From an uncultured bacterium (GTDB lineage Bacteria; Lernaellota; Lernaellaia; Lernaellales; Lernaellaceae), in assembly GCA_964534375.1 (NCBI GenBank), contig CAZHPN010000001.1:20516-84515 (forward strand): DNA of 64,000 nt, in the 5' to 3' direction. The position numbers and the translations under genes were made by a program. Below are positions 54,334-64,000 of the stretch, piece after piece (within the stretch, counting starts at the first letter, position 1; the number at the start of each line of letters is the position of its first letter). The notes under the pieces were generated by a model. That model had not been told where the DNA came from and did not search any database. It saw nothing but the letters and a program-made list of their open reading frames with translations.

Positions 54334-56808
54334 ATGATGAACGAACGGAGTCTGGGGCAGTTGATTCGGCTGGGGCCGATCATTCTGCTCGTCGCCGCCG
54401 TGGCGGTTTTTTTCTGGAACATTCTGACCTTCGCCGGCGTACTATTTTACTGGGACCTGAGCGCGGCCAACGTCCCCCTGCGCGACTTTTTTTTCAAGAA
54501 CGTCGCGCACGGCCGCTTCCCGCTGTGGTCGCCGGAAATCTGCGGCGGCTTCCCGCTGTTCGACGAGGGGGAAGCCGGGCCGCTTTATCCCATTAACTAC
54601 CTGTTGTTCACTTGGTTGCCCGCCTGGTTTGCGCTCAACGTCGCGGCGCTGCTGCACGCGTTCGGCAGCGCCGCCGGCGCTTATCTCTATTTGAAGCGAT
54701 CGCATTCGGCCGCGGCGGCCGCGTTGGGCGGGATGCTCTGCATTCTCGGGGCGCCGCTCGTTTATCAGCTCATCCATTTTACGTTTTTCGAGACGTTCTG
54801 TTTGTTCCCGTGGCTGCTCTTCTTCTTCGATCGTTTTCTCGGCAAGGGCCGGATCGCCGACGCGCTCGGCGCGGCGCTCGTGCTCGGCGCGATGTTCATG
54901 ACCGGCCAGCCGCAGGCGCCTTTTTTCGCCGCCGTCGCTTTTGGGATCTACGCGTTCGCCCTGGCCGCCGAGTCCTGGGCTTCCGGGCGGCCGCGGATCG
55001 CCGCCGATATCACAAAAACGGCGTTGGCGATCGGCTTGCTCGCCGCCGCCATGGTGTCCGCGATTCTGCTCGGCATGACGCACCTGCTGGCGCAGTCGAT
55101 TCGTCACGGGGCGATGAACAGTTCGTTCATTTATCTGCACTCGCTTGTGCCGGACGCCCTGTCGCGCCTCGCCAGTCCGGCGCAGCACGGCCATTGGCGG
55201 GATATCACCTGGACCTTGATGGGCATGCCCGAAAAAGAAGTGACGGTCTATCTGGGCCTCGCCGTCTGGTGCTTCCTGCCGCTGGTTTTCGCCGCCGGCG
55301 CCGGCCGGCGCGACCGGGCGCATCTGGCGGTCGCAGCGTTCGGCCTGCTCTTCATCCTCGGCAAGGCCGGGCCGTTTACCGGCCTGATCGAACACGTGCC
55401 GCTGTTGAATCGCATGCGCGTGCCGACGCGGTTCATCGTGCCGATGTCGCTCTCGTTCGCCTTCCTGGCGGCCTCGGGATTCGACCGCCTCCGCCGCGAA
55501 GATCTCACCCGGCGCAAAGCGCTCTTGCTTCTGCTGGCCGGCGCCGTCGCCTGGTGCCTGTTCGCCTGGGGCGGCGCCGTCGCTGCCTTCGGCAAGGCTG
55601 CATTCGCCGGGCCGGCTTCCGGGCCGCCGCTGGACGACGCGCTGGAAAAATTGCGCGTCGCCCTGCGCGCGGACCTCCTTCTGCGCAGTTTTCTCCTCGC
55701 CGGTCTGGTCGCCGCGGCGCTGTTGCTTCATGGGGCGCGCGGCAAGAAACCGGTGCTTCAGGCGGCGCTCGTGGTCGTCATCGGCGGCATGATCTTTGCC
55801 GACCTGGCCACGTCCGGAAGAGCGGAGAATCCGGTGGCCAGACCCGCGCTCTACCGGCCGCAGGCGACGCTCGATTTCCTGCGACCGCGGCTCGACGGCT
55901 TTCGCGTTTATTCCGTCGAGGGCATGGTCGGGGGCACGCGGGGCGGCTGGGCGCAGGGCACGGATTCTTTTCTCGATTCGACCGAAGGGCTGCCGTACGC
56001 CACGCCGGCCCTGTACGGCCTGCGCGGGAGTTCCTGCGATTCGCCGCTCAATTTCGCGCGCTATAACCGGGCCCTCGAGCGGCCGACGCCGAATTGGCTG
56101 CGGCAGGCGTCGGTCAAGTACGTGCTGACGCGGCGCGACGAGGCGTTCCACCTGCCCAAAGCCGCGGACGCGGACCACGTCCAGATTTTCGCGGTCCCCG
56201 ACCCGGCGCCGATTTACAGCCTGGCCCGCCGCCTGACGCTCGCCGCCGGGGGCGACGCCGCGTTCGCCGCGGTGACCGAGTTCGGCGACGACATGACCAC
56301 CGCTGTCGTCGAGAGCGCGGACGAATCGCTGCCGATTGCGCCGGCCGGCGGATCGCTCGCGGTTCTTCGCGAAGAGCCGGATTTTCGCCGCCTGCGCGTG
56401 CGGACCGACGGGCCGGCGTTTGTCGTGGTGCGTGAAAACTACTACCCCGGATGGCGCGTGGCGATCGACGGCAAGCCGGCGCCGCTTTATCGCACCAATT
56501 ATCTCTTTTCCGGCTTCGCGACGCCGGCCGGCGAACACGAGGTGACGCTCTCGTTCCGCCCCTCGGGTTTCCGCCCCGCGATGATAGTCAGTTGCGGCGC
56601 CTTTTTCGGCACGCTATTGCTGGCGCTGTTCTACCGGCCCTGGCGGCGGTCCCGCCCGGCGCTGTTGGACGAGCCGGCCGCGGAACGGATCGCCCGGCTG
56701 TCGCTCTGCGCGATTCTTGTGATATTCGCCCTGTTGCTCGCCGTCGCGATCGCCCGCCATCCCGATCTTTGGGATTTCTCGCAGGTGCAAAATCCGCGCT
56801 GGTGGTAA
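54334..56808 (+). CDS. YfhO-like (GT-C) membrane protein
   Basis: PLWSP..CGGFP, LYP, RVPTRF; C-terminal ENYYPGWRVAIDG, GEHEVTLSFRP. Confidence 0.88.
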   Translation: MMNERSLGQLIRLGPIILLVAAVAVFFWNILTFAGVLFYWDLSAANVPLRDFFFKNVAHGRFPLWSPEICGGFPLFDEGEAGPLYPINYLLFTWLPAWFALNVAALLHAFGSAAGAYLYLKRSHSAAAAALGGMLCILGAPLVYQLIHFTFFETFCLFPWLLFFFDRFLGKGRIADALGAALVLGAMFMTGQPQAPFFAAVAFGIYAFALAAESWASGRPRIAADITKTALAIGLLAAAMVSAILLGMTHLLAQSIRHGAMNSSFIYLHSLVPDALSRLASPAQHGHWRDITWTLMGMPEKEVTVYLGLAVWCFLPLVFAAGAGRRDRAHLAVAAFGLLFILGKAGPFTGLIEHVPLLNRMRVPTRFIVPMSLSFAFLAASGFDRLRREDLTRRKALLLLLAGAVAWCLFAWGGAVAAFGKAAFAGPASGPPLDDALEKLRVALRADLLLRSFLLAGLVAAALLLHGARGKKPVLQAALVVVIGGMIFADLATSGRAENPVARPALYRPQATLDFLRPRLDGFRVYSVEGMVGGTRGGWAQGTDSFLDSTEGLPYATPALYGLRGSSCDSPLNFARYNRALERPTPNWLRQASVKYVLTRRDEAFHLPKAADADHVQIFAVPDPAPIYSLARRLTLAAGGDAAFAAVTEFGDDMTTAVVESADESLPIAPAGGSLAVLREEPDFRRLRVRTDGPAFVVVRENYYPGWRVAIDGKPAPLYRTNYLFSGFATPAGEHEVTLSFRPSGFRPAMIVSCGAFFGTLLLALFYRPWRRSRPALLDEPAAERIARLSLCAILVIFALLLAVAIARHPDLWDFSQVQNPRWW

Positions 56809-56820
56809 GGCAGCGCCGGC

Positions 56821-58281
56821 TCACTTCGCCGTCGCCGCGCCTGGCGGCTTGGGCAGATAGAAATATCCATGGCCGGCCGCCGCGGCGGGAACGTAATTTT
56901 GCGCGATCGCGCGCAAGAGGGCGTCGGGGAAACGCGAACGCGTCGCCAACGCCGGCCGCTCGGCCGGGCTGTCGAGTTCGATCAACGCGTAACGGCCGGC
57001 GCGAACGTTGTCGATCCACGGCGCGAAAGCGAATTTGCCCCGCGCGGCGAGGCGCGAGGCGAGGAACGGATTGATCAAGTCGAGTTTGGGCGCGCCGGCG
57101 AGCAACCCGTAGCCGGAATCCTCGAGCAGCACCGGGCCGCGCGCGGCCCGCACGAGGCCGACGGCCTCCGCGTCGCCCGCGGCGCGCAAGCCGGCGAGCA
57201 TCGCGTGTTGCGCCGCCGCCGTGAGCGCCGCAAAGCACAGCGCCGCGCCGGCGAGCGCGGTCCGGCCGGCAAAGCGGTCGAAGAACGAAATCCGGCTGAC
57301 CCCCAGGCCGAACCCAATAGCGCACGCGGCGTGAAACTCGAAAAAGTAGAACAAACTGGCGCCTTCTTTGCCGAGCGCCGCCAACCCGAGGGCGCACGCC
57401 GCAAAATACGCCGGCCACGGCGACTGCCGCCAACCCGCGCGGCCGGCGGCGAAGACGCCCAGCGCCGCCCCGCCCAGCGGCACGGCGCGCCACGGCCAAA
57501 ACGCTTGGAAATACTTGCCGAGCTGATGCGCCAGGCCCGGCAACGAATACGACGTCAACGAAAAATCGACGACGTTGCGCCAAAACAGGCCGTGAAACGC
57601 GGCCTCGGCGAGCGCGATGGCGCCGCCGAGCATGAACGCATAGCAGATGGCGAACCGCGCCGCCGCGCGCCGGTCGCCCGCAACGAGCCAGACAAAAACG
57701 GCGATCGGCGCCGCGACCGCCGACTGCTTGGCGAACCACGCCGCGACGCAAATCGCCGCCGCCGCCAACCCGGCGCGCGCCGACGCCCAGCGATACGCGA
57801 CCCAGACGCCCGCCAGCGACAACGCGGCGGCCAGCGCGTCGCAGCGCACCGTCGGCCCGAACAGCAAATTATCGCGCGTCAACAACACCGCGGCCGCGGC
57901 GGCCCCGGCGGCAAACCGTCCGGCGCCCGCGCGCCGCACGAAGGCGAACGCCAGCGCGGCCAGGGCCAATACCGATGTGACGCCGATGACGCGGCCCGCC
58001 AAGAACGGTGACGCGGCCGAAAGAAAGGCGCGAATCAACGCCACGTACAGCGGCGGGTAATTGTAGATCGGCAGCCGCCCGTCGAGCCCATCGACGTACA
58101 AGCCGCTGCCGGCGGCCCAGATCTTCGCCGCCCACACGCAGCCGCCTTCGAAGTTTTCCAGCGGAAACGGCCAGCGCGCCAACTGCATCATCGCGCCGAC
58201 CGCGACAGCGCAAACGGCGACGATGGCCGCCGCGGGCGCGACCGCGCCGAGCCAACGATCGCGGCGCGCGCCGGCGATCAC
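56821..58281 (-). CDS. GT-C-like membrane glycosyltransferase, tandem paralog B
   Basis: PFPLENFEG, YNYPPLY, RCD, KQS; many TMs; GTGA overlap. Confidence 0.78.
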   Translation of the reverse strand: MIAGARRDRWLGAVAPAAAIVAVCAVAVGAMMQLARWPFPLENFEGGCVWAAKIWAAGSGLYVDGLDGRLPIYNYPPLYVALIRAFLSAASPFLAGRVIGVTSVLALAALAFAFVRRAGAGRFAAGAAAAAVLLTRDNLLFGPTVRCDALAAALSLAGVWVAYRWASARAGLAAAAICVAAWFAKQSAVAAPIAVFVWLVAGDRRAAARFAICYAFMLGGAIALAEAAFHGLFWRNVVDFSLTSYSLPGLAHQLGKYFQAFWPWRAVPLGGAALGVFAAGRAGWRQSPWPAYFAACALGLAALGKEGASLFYFFEFHAACAIGFGLGVSRISFFDRFAGRTALAGAALCFAALTAAAQHAMLAGLRAAGDAEAVGLVRAARGPVLLEDSGYGLLAGAPKLDLINPFLASRLAARGKFAFAPWIDNVRAGRYALIELDSPAERPALATRSRFPDALLRAIAQNYVPAAAAGHGYFYLPKPPGAATAK

Positions 58282-59726
58282 GGCGCGGCCTGCGCGGCCT
58301 TCGGCAAATAGAAATAGCCGTGGCCGGCGACGGCGGCGGGAACATAATCGCGCGCGATCTCACTCAGCAAGGATGCGGGAAACCGCAGGCTCGTCCCCAG
58401 CGACGGGCGGTCCGCCGGGCTTTCCAGTTGAATGAGCGCGTACCGCCGGGCGCGAACGTTGTCGATCCAGGGCGAAAAATCGAATTGGCCGCGCGCGGCG
58501 AGCCGGGACGCGATGAACGGCGTGATCAGGTCCATCTGCTGCACGCCGGCGAGCAGCCCGTAGCCCGAATCCTCCAGCAGCACCGGGCCGGCCGCGGCGC
58601 GCACCATGTTGACGGCCTCGGCGTCGCCCGCATGGCGCAGGTCCGCGAGCATGCCGCGGAACAACAGCGCCGTTAGCGCGGCGAAACACAGCGCGGCGCC
58701 GGCCAGCGCAATCCGGCCGGCGGCGCGGTCGAATAAGGCAATCCGGCTGACGCCCAGGCCGAACCCGACGGCGCAGGCGGCGTGAAATTCGTAGAAGTAA
58801 AGCAACGTCGCGCCTTCCTTGCCGAGCGCCGCGAGGCTGAGCGCGCAAAGCGCAAAATACGCTGGCCACGGCGACTGCCGCCAGCCCGCGCGGCCCGCGG
58901 CGACGAGGCCGAAGGCGGCCCCGGCCAGCGGCACGGCGCGCCACGGCCACATCGCCGGGCGGACATAGCGGACCAGGTGATGCGCCAGGTCCGCCAGCGA
59001 GTACGCCGACCGCGAAAAACCGATGATGTTGCGCAAAAACAGGCCGTGAAACGCCAGTTCGGCCAACCCGATCGCGCCGCCGAGCAGGACCGCGTAATAC
59101 GCCGCGAACCGCGCCGCCGCGCGGCGCTCGCTCGCGAGGCGCCAGGCGAACACGGCGACGGGCGCCACGACCGCCGTCTGCTTCGTGAACCACGCCGCAA
59201 CGCAAATCGCCGCCGCCGCGGCCAGCCCGGCGCGCGACGACGCCCAGCGATATGCGACCACCACGCCCGCGAGCGACAGCGCGGCGGCGAGCGCGTCGCA
59301 GCGCACCATCGGCGCCAGGAGCAGGTTCTCCCGCGTCAGCAACACCGCGGCGGCGGCGGCGCCCGCGGCGAAACGCCCGGCGCCGGTTTGCCGCACGAAG
59401 GCGAAGGCCAGCGCGGCCAGACCCAGCACCGACGCAACGCCGATCAGGCGGCCCGCCAGAAACGGCGACCCGGACACGGCGAAAACGCGCAGCAACGCCA
59501 GATACAACGGCGGGTAATTGGTCAGCGGCACATGGCCGGCGAGCCCGTCGACATACAGATCGGCGCCCGCGGCCCACGTTTTCGCCGCGATCACGCAGCC
59601 GCCTTCCCAGTTTTCCAAGGGAAACGGCCATCGCGCGAATTGCGCCATCCCGCCGATCGCCACGCCGCAGACGGCGACGACGACCGCCGCGGGCAGCAGC
59701 GCGTCGAAAAGCCACTTGTTGCGCAC
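58278..59726 (-). CDS. GT-C-like membrane glycosyltransferase, tandem paralog A
   Basis: PFPLENWEG, TNYPPLY, RCD, KQT; GTG start immediately after the epimerase stop. Confidence 0.78.
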   Translation of the reverse strand: MRNKWLFDALLPAAVVVAVCGVAIGGMAQFARWPFPLENWEGGCVIAAKTWAAGADLYVDGLAGHVPLTNYPPLYLALLRVFAVSGSPFLAGRLIGVASVLGLAALAFAFVRQTGAGRFAAGAAAAAVLLTRENLLLAPMVRCDALAAALSLAGVVVAYRWASSRAGLAAAAAICVAAWFTKQTAVVAPVAVFAWRLASERRAAARFAAYYAVLLGGAIGLAELAFHGLFLRNIIGFSRSAYSLADLAHHLVRYVRPAMWPWRAVPLAGAAFGLVAAGRAGWRQSPWPAYFALCALSLAALGKEGATLLYFYEFHAACAVGFGLGVSRIALFDRAAGRIALAGAALCFAALTALLFRGMLADLRHAGDAEAVNMVRAAAGPVLLEDSGYGLLAGVQQMDLITPFIASRLAARGQFDFSPWIDNVRARRYALIQLESPADRPSLGTSLRFPASLLSEIARDYVPAAVAGHGYFYLPKAAQAAP

Positions 59727-59728
59727 GG

Positions 59729-60721
59729 CTAGCCCCGCCAAACGCGATCGCGATACCAGAGCGCCGCCTCGACGAACGTCTGCACGGTGTCGTATTTCGC
59801 GCGCCAGCCGAGGTCGGCCAGGGCGCGGCCGGTTTCGTAGCAAGTGTGCAGCGCGGGGTCCGGCTGGAATTCCGGCACGGCGAACGGGTCGTCGAACCAG
59901 GTCGTCACGGTCTTCGCCGCCTTCAGCAACGGCCGCGGCAGCGACAGCGCGAAGCTGCGGCTGTCGTAGGCCTCGGCCACGGCCGCGATCAACTCGCCCA
60001 CGGTCGCCGCGCCGCGGCCGGCGACGTTGTAAATGCGGCCGGCGGCTTGCGGGCGCGCCAGGCAGCGGTCGATCAGATCGACGGCGTCGCGGCTGTGCAC
60101 GCAATGCTTGAGCTTGCCCGCGCCGCCCGTGACGGGGATCGGCAGGTGGCGCAGGGCGAGGTCGAACAGCCGGTTGATGCGCGACCAACTGGCGTAGAAC
60201 GGGCCGAGCGGCGTGGCGAAGCGCAGGATGACCGGCTCGATCTCGCCGCGGCGGTGCATCTCGATCAGCGCGTACTCGGCTTCGAGTTTCGCGCGGCCGT
60301 ACGGGCCGTTCGGCGCGGGCGGCGTCTGCTCGCTGCACGGGCACTCGCGCGGCGGCGGGCCGTAGACGCTTTCGCTGCTGGCGAAGATGAACCGCGCGAC
60401 GCCGGCGTCCCGCGCCGCCTCGGCCAGCCGCCGGGCGCCGATGAAATTGACGGCGAACATCGTCTTGTCGTAACCGCTCGGGCCGAGGCGTTCGAGCAGG
60501 TCGCGTTCGGGCCGCGCTTCGGCCAGGTGCACCACGACCTCGGCCCCGGCGACGGCGCGGCGGGCGATGGCCGGGTCGGTCGCGTCGCCGATCACGGTTT
60601 CGCAATCCTCGAACCACGGCCGGTCGAGCAGATCGATCGCGCGCAGCGGCAGCTTTTTCTCGCGCCAGGCCGCGATGAGCAGCCGGCCGAGGCGTCCGCC
60701 GGCGCCGGTGATGGCAATCAT
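59729..60721 (-). CDS. NAD-dependent epimerase/dehydratase (extended SDR)
   Basis: ITGAGGRLG, VVHLA, ASSESVYG, YGRAK. Confidence 0.9.
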   Translation of the reverse strand: MIAITGAGGRLGRLLIAAWREKKLPLRAIDLLDRPWFEDCETVIGDATDPAIARRAVAGAEVVVHLAEARPERDLLERLGPSGYDKTMFAVNFIGARRLAEAARDAGVARFIFASSESVYGPPPRECPCSEQTPPAPNGPYGRAKLEAEYALIEMHRRGEIEPVILRFATPLGPFYASWSRINRLFDLALRHLPIPVTGGAGKLKHCVHSRDAVDLIDRCLARPQAAGRIYNVAGRGAATVGELIAAVAEAYDSRSFALSLPRPLLKAAKTVTTWFDDPFAVPEFQPDPALHTCYETGRALADLGWRAKYDTVQTFVEAALWYRDRVWRG

Positions 60722-61623
60722 GTCGCTTCTTCCTTGTCCAGCCGATCGCACAATTGCGCGAGGTGGACGAAACTCCGCTTCACCCACTCGTCTTCCTGAT
60801 CGGCCGCGCGCCGCGGCGGATCGACCCGCACCGCGCACAGCCCCGCGAAGCCGGCGCGGTCGAGCAGGCGCAGAATCTCCGCCAGGTCGATGCGCCCGTC
60901 GCCCAGCGGCGTCGCGCGCGCGGTCAATCCGGCGCCGGTCACGTCTTCGAGCACGACCAGCGCCGCGTGCGGGGCGAGCAGTTCGGTGGCGCGGTACGGG
61001 TCTTCGCCCTGCGCGACGAACCGCCCGACGGCCAACGAAAAGCGCAGGTTGGACGCGTCGGTCAGTTCGAACAGCCGCAGCAGCGTTTGCGTCTTGAACG
61101 CGCCCTGGTTTTCGATAGCGACGGTCAGCCCGCGGGCCGCCGCCTTTTCGCACAGGCGGCCGAGGCGCGGCGCCAGCGCCCGCGCCAGATACCACGAGCC
61201 GACGGCGAGCGAGGTGGCCGGCGTCCACGACACCGGCGAGAGCAGGCTGAGCGGCACGCGCACGACCTTCGCCGAAAGCGCCTGCGCGTAATCGAGCATC
61301 GCCTGGCGGCGGGTCCGCGCCGCGCCCCACAGCGCTTTGGGCAGCGCCAGCGGGGCGCCGCCGCCCAGCGCGTATTCGAGGCGAAACTCGCTTTGCAGCG
61401 ACAGCAATCGGGCGGGGTTGTCGCGCAACGGCGGGGGCAACGCGATGTAATCGAGCAGCAGGCCTTCGGCGCCGAGTTCGACCGCGCGGCGCACGATGCG
61501 CGGCACGGCGTCGACGCCGGCCTTCCACGCGCGGCGGCAGCTCCACCAATCCAGGGCCGGTCTGATCGTCAGGGGCGACTCCTTTGGGGGCCGTACGTTA
61601 ACGAAAAAAAACGGATGGCGCAA
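60718..61623 (-). CDS. Sugar-phosphate isomerase/epimerase-like TIM-barrel protein (start uncertain)
   Basis: [34 protein letters not shown] overlap with the epimerase gene. Confidence 0.75.
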   Translation of the reverse strand: MRHPFFFVNVRPPKESPLTIRPALDWWSCRRAWKAGVDAVPRIVRRAVELGAEGLLLDYIALPPPLRDNPARLLSLQSEFRLEYALGGGAPLALPKALWGAARTRRQAMLDYAQALSAKVVRVPLSLLSPVSWTPATSLAVGSWYLARALAPRLGRLCEKAAARGLTVAIENQGAFKTQTLLRLFELTDASNLRFSLAVGRFVAQGEDPYRATELLAPHAALVVLEDVTGAGLTARATPLGDGRIDLAEILRLLDRAGFAGLCAVRVDPPRRAADQEDEWVKRSFVHLAQLCDRLDKEEAT

Positions 61624-61679
61624 ACCGCCGCGAACAGGCTACATTAGGCGCAGACTGGCGAATAACTTCGAGGTGCGGC

Positions 61680-62384
61680 ATGGTGGGCGTCGCGATTGTC
61701 GTGGCCGCGGGCCGCGGCCGGCGGATGGGAGGCGGCGAGCTTCCCAAACAATATCTGGACCTCGGCGGCGCGCCGATTCTCCAGCGCACGCTGGAAGCCG
61801 TCGGTGCGGCGTCGGAGGTCGGGGCGATCGTGCTCGTCGCGCCGCGCGGCGACGTCGTGTTTTGCTGCGACGAACTCGTGGCCAAGGCCGCGCTGGCGAA
61901 AGTCAAACGCGTCGTCGCCGGCGGCGCGTCGCGGCAAGCGTCGGTCGCCGCGGGCCTCGAAGCGATCGAGCAGCTCGGCTTGCAGCCGGATGTGGTCGCC
62001 GTACACGACGGCGTGCGGCCGTTCGTCGAGGCCGCCGTGATCGACCGGACGATGCGCGCCGCCGCGAATTTCGGGGCCGCGGTGGCCGCGACGCCGGTGG
62101 CCGAAACGATCAAGGCGATCACCGACGACGGCTTCGTGCGCACCACGCCCGACCGCCGCCATCTCGTGCGCGCCCACACGCCGCAGGCCTTCGCCTATTA
62201 CACGCTCGTCGAGGCGCATCGCCGCGCCGCCGCCGACGATTTCACGGGCACCGACGATTGCCAATTGGTCGAACGCGTCGGCGGCCGCATCGTCATCGTC
62301 GAAGACAGCGACCGCAACATCAAAATCACGACGCCGACCGACCTCATCTTCGCCCGCGCGCTTTGGAAGGAACTGCACAAATGA
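61680..62384 (+). CDS. ispD: 2-C-methyl-D-erythritol 4-phosphate cytidylyltransferase
   Basis: [45 protein letters not shown]. Confidence 0.95.
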   Translation: MVGVAIVVAAGRGRRMGGGELPKQYLDLGGAPILQRTLEAVGAASEVGAIVLVAPRGDVVFCCDELVAKAALAKVKRVVAGGASRQASVAAGLEAIEQLGLQPDVVAVHDGVRPFVEAAVIDRTMRAAANFGAAVAATPVAETIKAITDDGFVRTTPDRRHLVRAHTPQAFAYYTLVEAHRRAAADDFTGTDDCQLVERVGGRIVIVEDSDRNIKITTPTDLIFARALWKELHK

Positions 62385-62908
62385 CGCTGCGCATCGGCCA
62401 TGGTTACGACGTGCACCGGCTGGTCGCCGGCCGCCGGCTGGTGCTCGGCGGGGTTGAGATTCCCTTCGAGAAAGGCCTGCTCGGCCACTCCGACGCCGAC
62501 GTCCTCGCCCACGCCGTCGCCGACGCGGTGCTCGGCGCCGCCGGACTGGGCGACATCGGGCGCCATTTCCCCGACACCGACGTCGCCTTCGCCGGGGCCG
62601 ACAGCCTCGACCTGCTGCGCCGCTGCGTCGCGCTGGCCGCCCAAAAAGGCTGGGCGCCCGCCAACGTCGACACGGTGGTCGTCGCGCAACAGCCCCGCCT
62701 TGCGCCGTACGCGGAAGATATGCGAAAGAACCTCGCCGCCGCGCTCGGCCTCGACCCCGACGCGGTGAACGTCAAGGCCAAAACCGAAGAGGGTCTGGGC
62801 TTCACCGGCGCCGGCGAGGCGATCGCCGCGCACGCGGTCGCATTGCTCACGGCCGTGAGCGACGCGACAGCGAACAGCGAACAGCGAGCAGTGAACAGTG
62901 AACAGTGA
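62381..62908 (+). CDS. ispF: 2-C-methyl-D-erythritol 2,4-cyclodiphosphate synthase
   Basis: [33 protein letters not shown]. Confidence 0.95.
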   Translation: MTLRIGHGYDVHRLVAGRRLVLGGVEIPFEKGLLGHSDADVLAHAVADAVLGAAGLGDIGRHFPDTDVAFAGADSLDLLRRCVALAAQKGWAPANVDTVVVAQQPRLAPYAEDMRKNLAAALGLDPDAVNVKAKTEEGLGFTGAGEAIAAHAVALLTAVSDATANSEQRAVNSEQ

Positions 62909-63107
62909 CGCCGCGTCGCATACCCTGTCTCACTTATTCGAGGGCGCCGCGAAGGTTCGCCAGCTTTCGCGGCCTATCCCCCTTGACGGCAATATCGCAA
63001 TTTTCGAGACCCGGCGGCGAACCGGGGCAATGAGACTGTTTGCTGTTCGCTGTTCACTGTTCGCTGTTCGCTGGTCACTTTTCACTGCTCACTGTTCACT
63101 GTTCACT
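62867..63107. repeat. Inverted heptamer-repeat element (GAACAGY)n...(RCTGTTC)n
   Basis: About 6 units at 62867-62908 and about 10 complementary units at 63036-63107. Confidence 0.9.
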
Positions 63108-63121
63108 TCGCGGAGCCCCCG

Positions 63122-64000
63122 ATGACCGCCCCTGTACGAGTTCGTTTCGCCCCCAGCCCGACCGGCGCGCTGCACATCGGCAGCGCCCGCGTCGCGCTGT
63201 TCAACTGCCTGTTCGCTCGGCGGCACGGCGGCGCGTTCATCCTGCGCATCGAAGACACCGACGCCGCGCGCTCGCAAGCTGTGCACGAGGCGGAAATTTT
63301 TGCCGCCCTGCGCTGGCTCGGTCTCGGCTGGGACGAAGGGCCGGACGTCGGCGGGCCGTACGGGCCGTATCGCCAATCCGAGCGGCGCGACCGCTACCGC
63401 GCGGCGCTCGACCAGATGCTCGCCGGCGGCCACGCGTATCCGTGTTTCTGTTCGGAGGCGCGGCTCGAAGAATTGCACCAACGCCAGGCCGCGGCGAAGC
63501 AGCCGCCGCGCTACGACGGCAAATGCCGCGATCTGCCCGACGACGAACGCCGCACTCGCCTCGCGGCCGGCGAGCCGCACGTCGTGCGCTTTCGCACGCC
63601 GCGGCACGGCGAACTCGCCGTCGACGATCTGATCCGCGGCCGCGTGCCGGTGGCGCTGAAAAACCTCGACGACTTCATCCTTGTGCGGACCAGCGGCGAC
63701 CCGGGCTTCATCCTCGCCGGCGCGGTCGACGACGCGGCGATGGGCGTCACCCACGCCCTGCGCGGCGAGGACCACCTGACCAACACACACCGGCAGTTGT
63801 TGATCTTCCAGGCGCTCGGCGCGACGCCGCCGCGCTTCGGCCACCTGCCGCTGATCGTCGACGACGACGGCAAGAAATTGTCGAAGCGCCTCGGCGACCT
63901 GACCATCATGGAACTGCGCGAGCAGGGCTACCGGCCCGAGGTGATCGTCGCCCATCTGGCGCGGCTGGGCTGGGCGGCCCCGCCGGAGGCGACAACGCTG
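63122..64000 (+). CDS. gltX: Glutamate--tRNA ligase (runs off window)
   Basis: Manual translation MTAPVRVRFAPSPTGALHIGS, LRIEDTD, PYRQSER, RGEDH, KLSKR. Confidence 0.92.
   Translation, partial: MTAPVRVRFAPSPTGALHIGSARVALFNCLFARRHGGAFILRIEDTDAARSQAVHEAEIFAALRWLGLGWDEGPDVGGPYGPYRQSERRDRYRAALDQMLAGGHAYPCFCSEARLEELHQRQAAAKQPPRYDGKCRDLPDDERRTRLAAGEPHVVRFRTPRHGELAVDDLIRGRVPVALKNLDDFILVRTSGDPGFILAGAVDDAAMGVTHALRGEDHLTNTHRQLLIFQALGATPPRFGHLPLIVDDDGKKLSKRLGDLTIMELREQGYRPEVIVAHLARLGWAAPPEATTL

Noticed and set aside
62867..63107. CRISPR array
   Set aside because: Units are contiguous 7-mers without unique spacers, and there are no cas genes.

Overview
GC-rich Gram-negative bacterial chromosome segment; gene content suggests a deltaproteobacterial-type organism, but taxonomy cannot be fixed from the sequence alone. 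It holds about 50 CDS and two tRNA-Ser genes. Housekeeping and metabolic genes include asnA, arcC with an ArcE/cDPGS-like partner, a cyclophilin, ispD, ispF and gltX. There is a partner-switching signalling operon (decayed NCS2 permease, Cache-HAMP-SpoIIE-kinase, STAS, CoA-transferase-like/GNAT fusion) and a 1606-aa pentapeptide-TM-TPR protein. Cell-surface glycosylation genes are abundant: six GT-C-like proteins, GT2+DUF2304, GT4, and an exopolysaccharide export unit headed by an ExeA-ATPase/BY-kinase fusion. I found no integrase, transposase, reverse transcriptase or CRISPR array. The most unusual signal is a set of 7-, 8- and 9-mer tandem repeats arranged as inverted arms in intergenic DNA. 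One family, (AAAAAGG)n/(CCTTTTT)n, also forms the signal-peptide coding region of three adjacent lipoprotein genes. Start codons were refined by eye; family calls rest on recalled motifs, not database searches.
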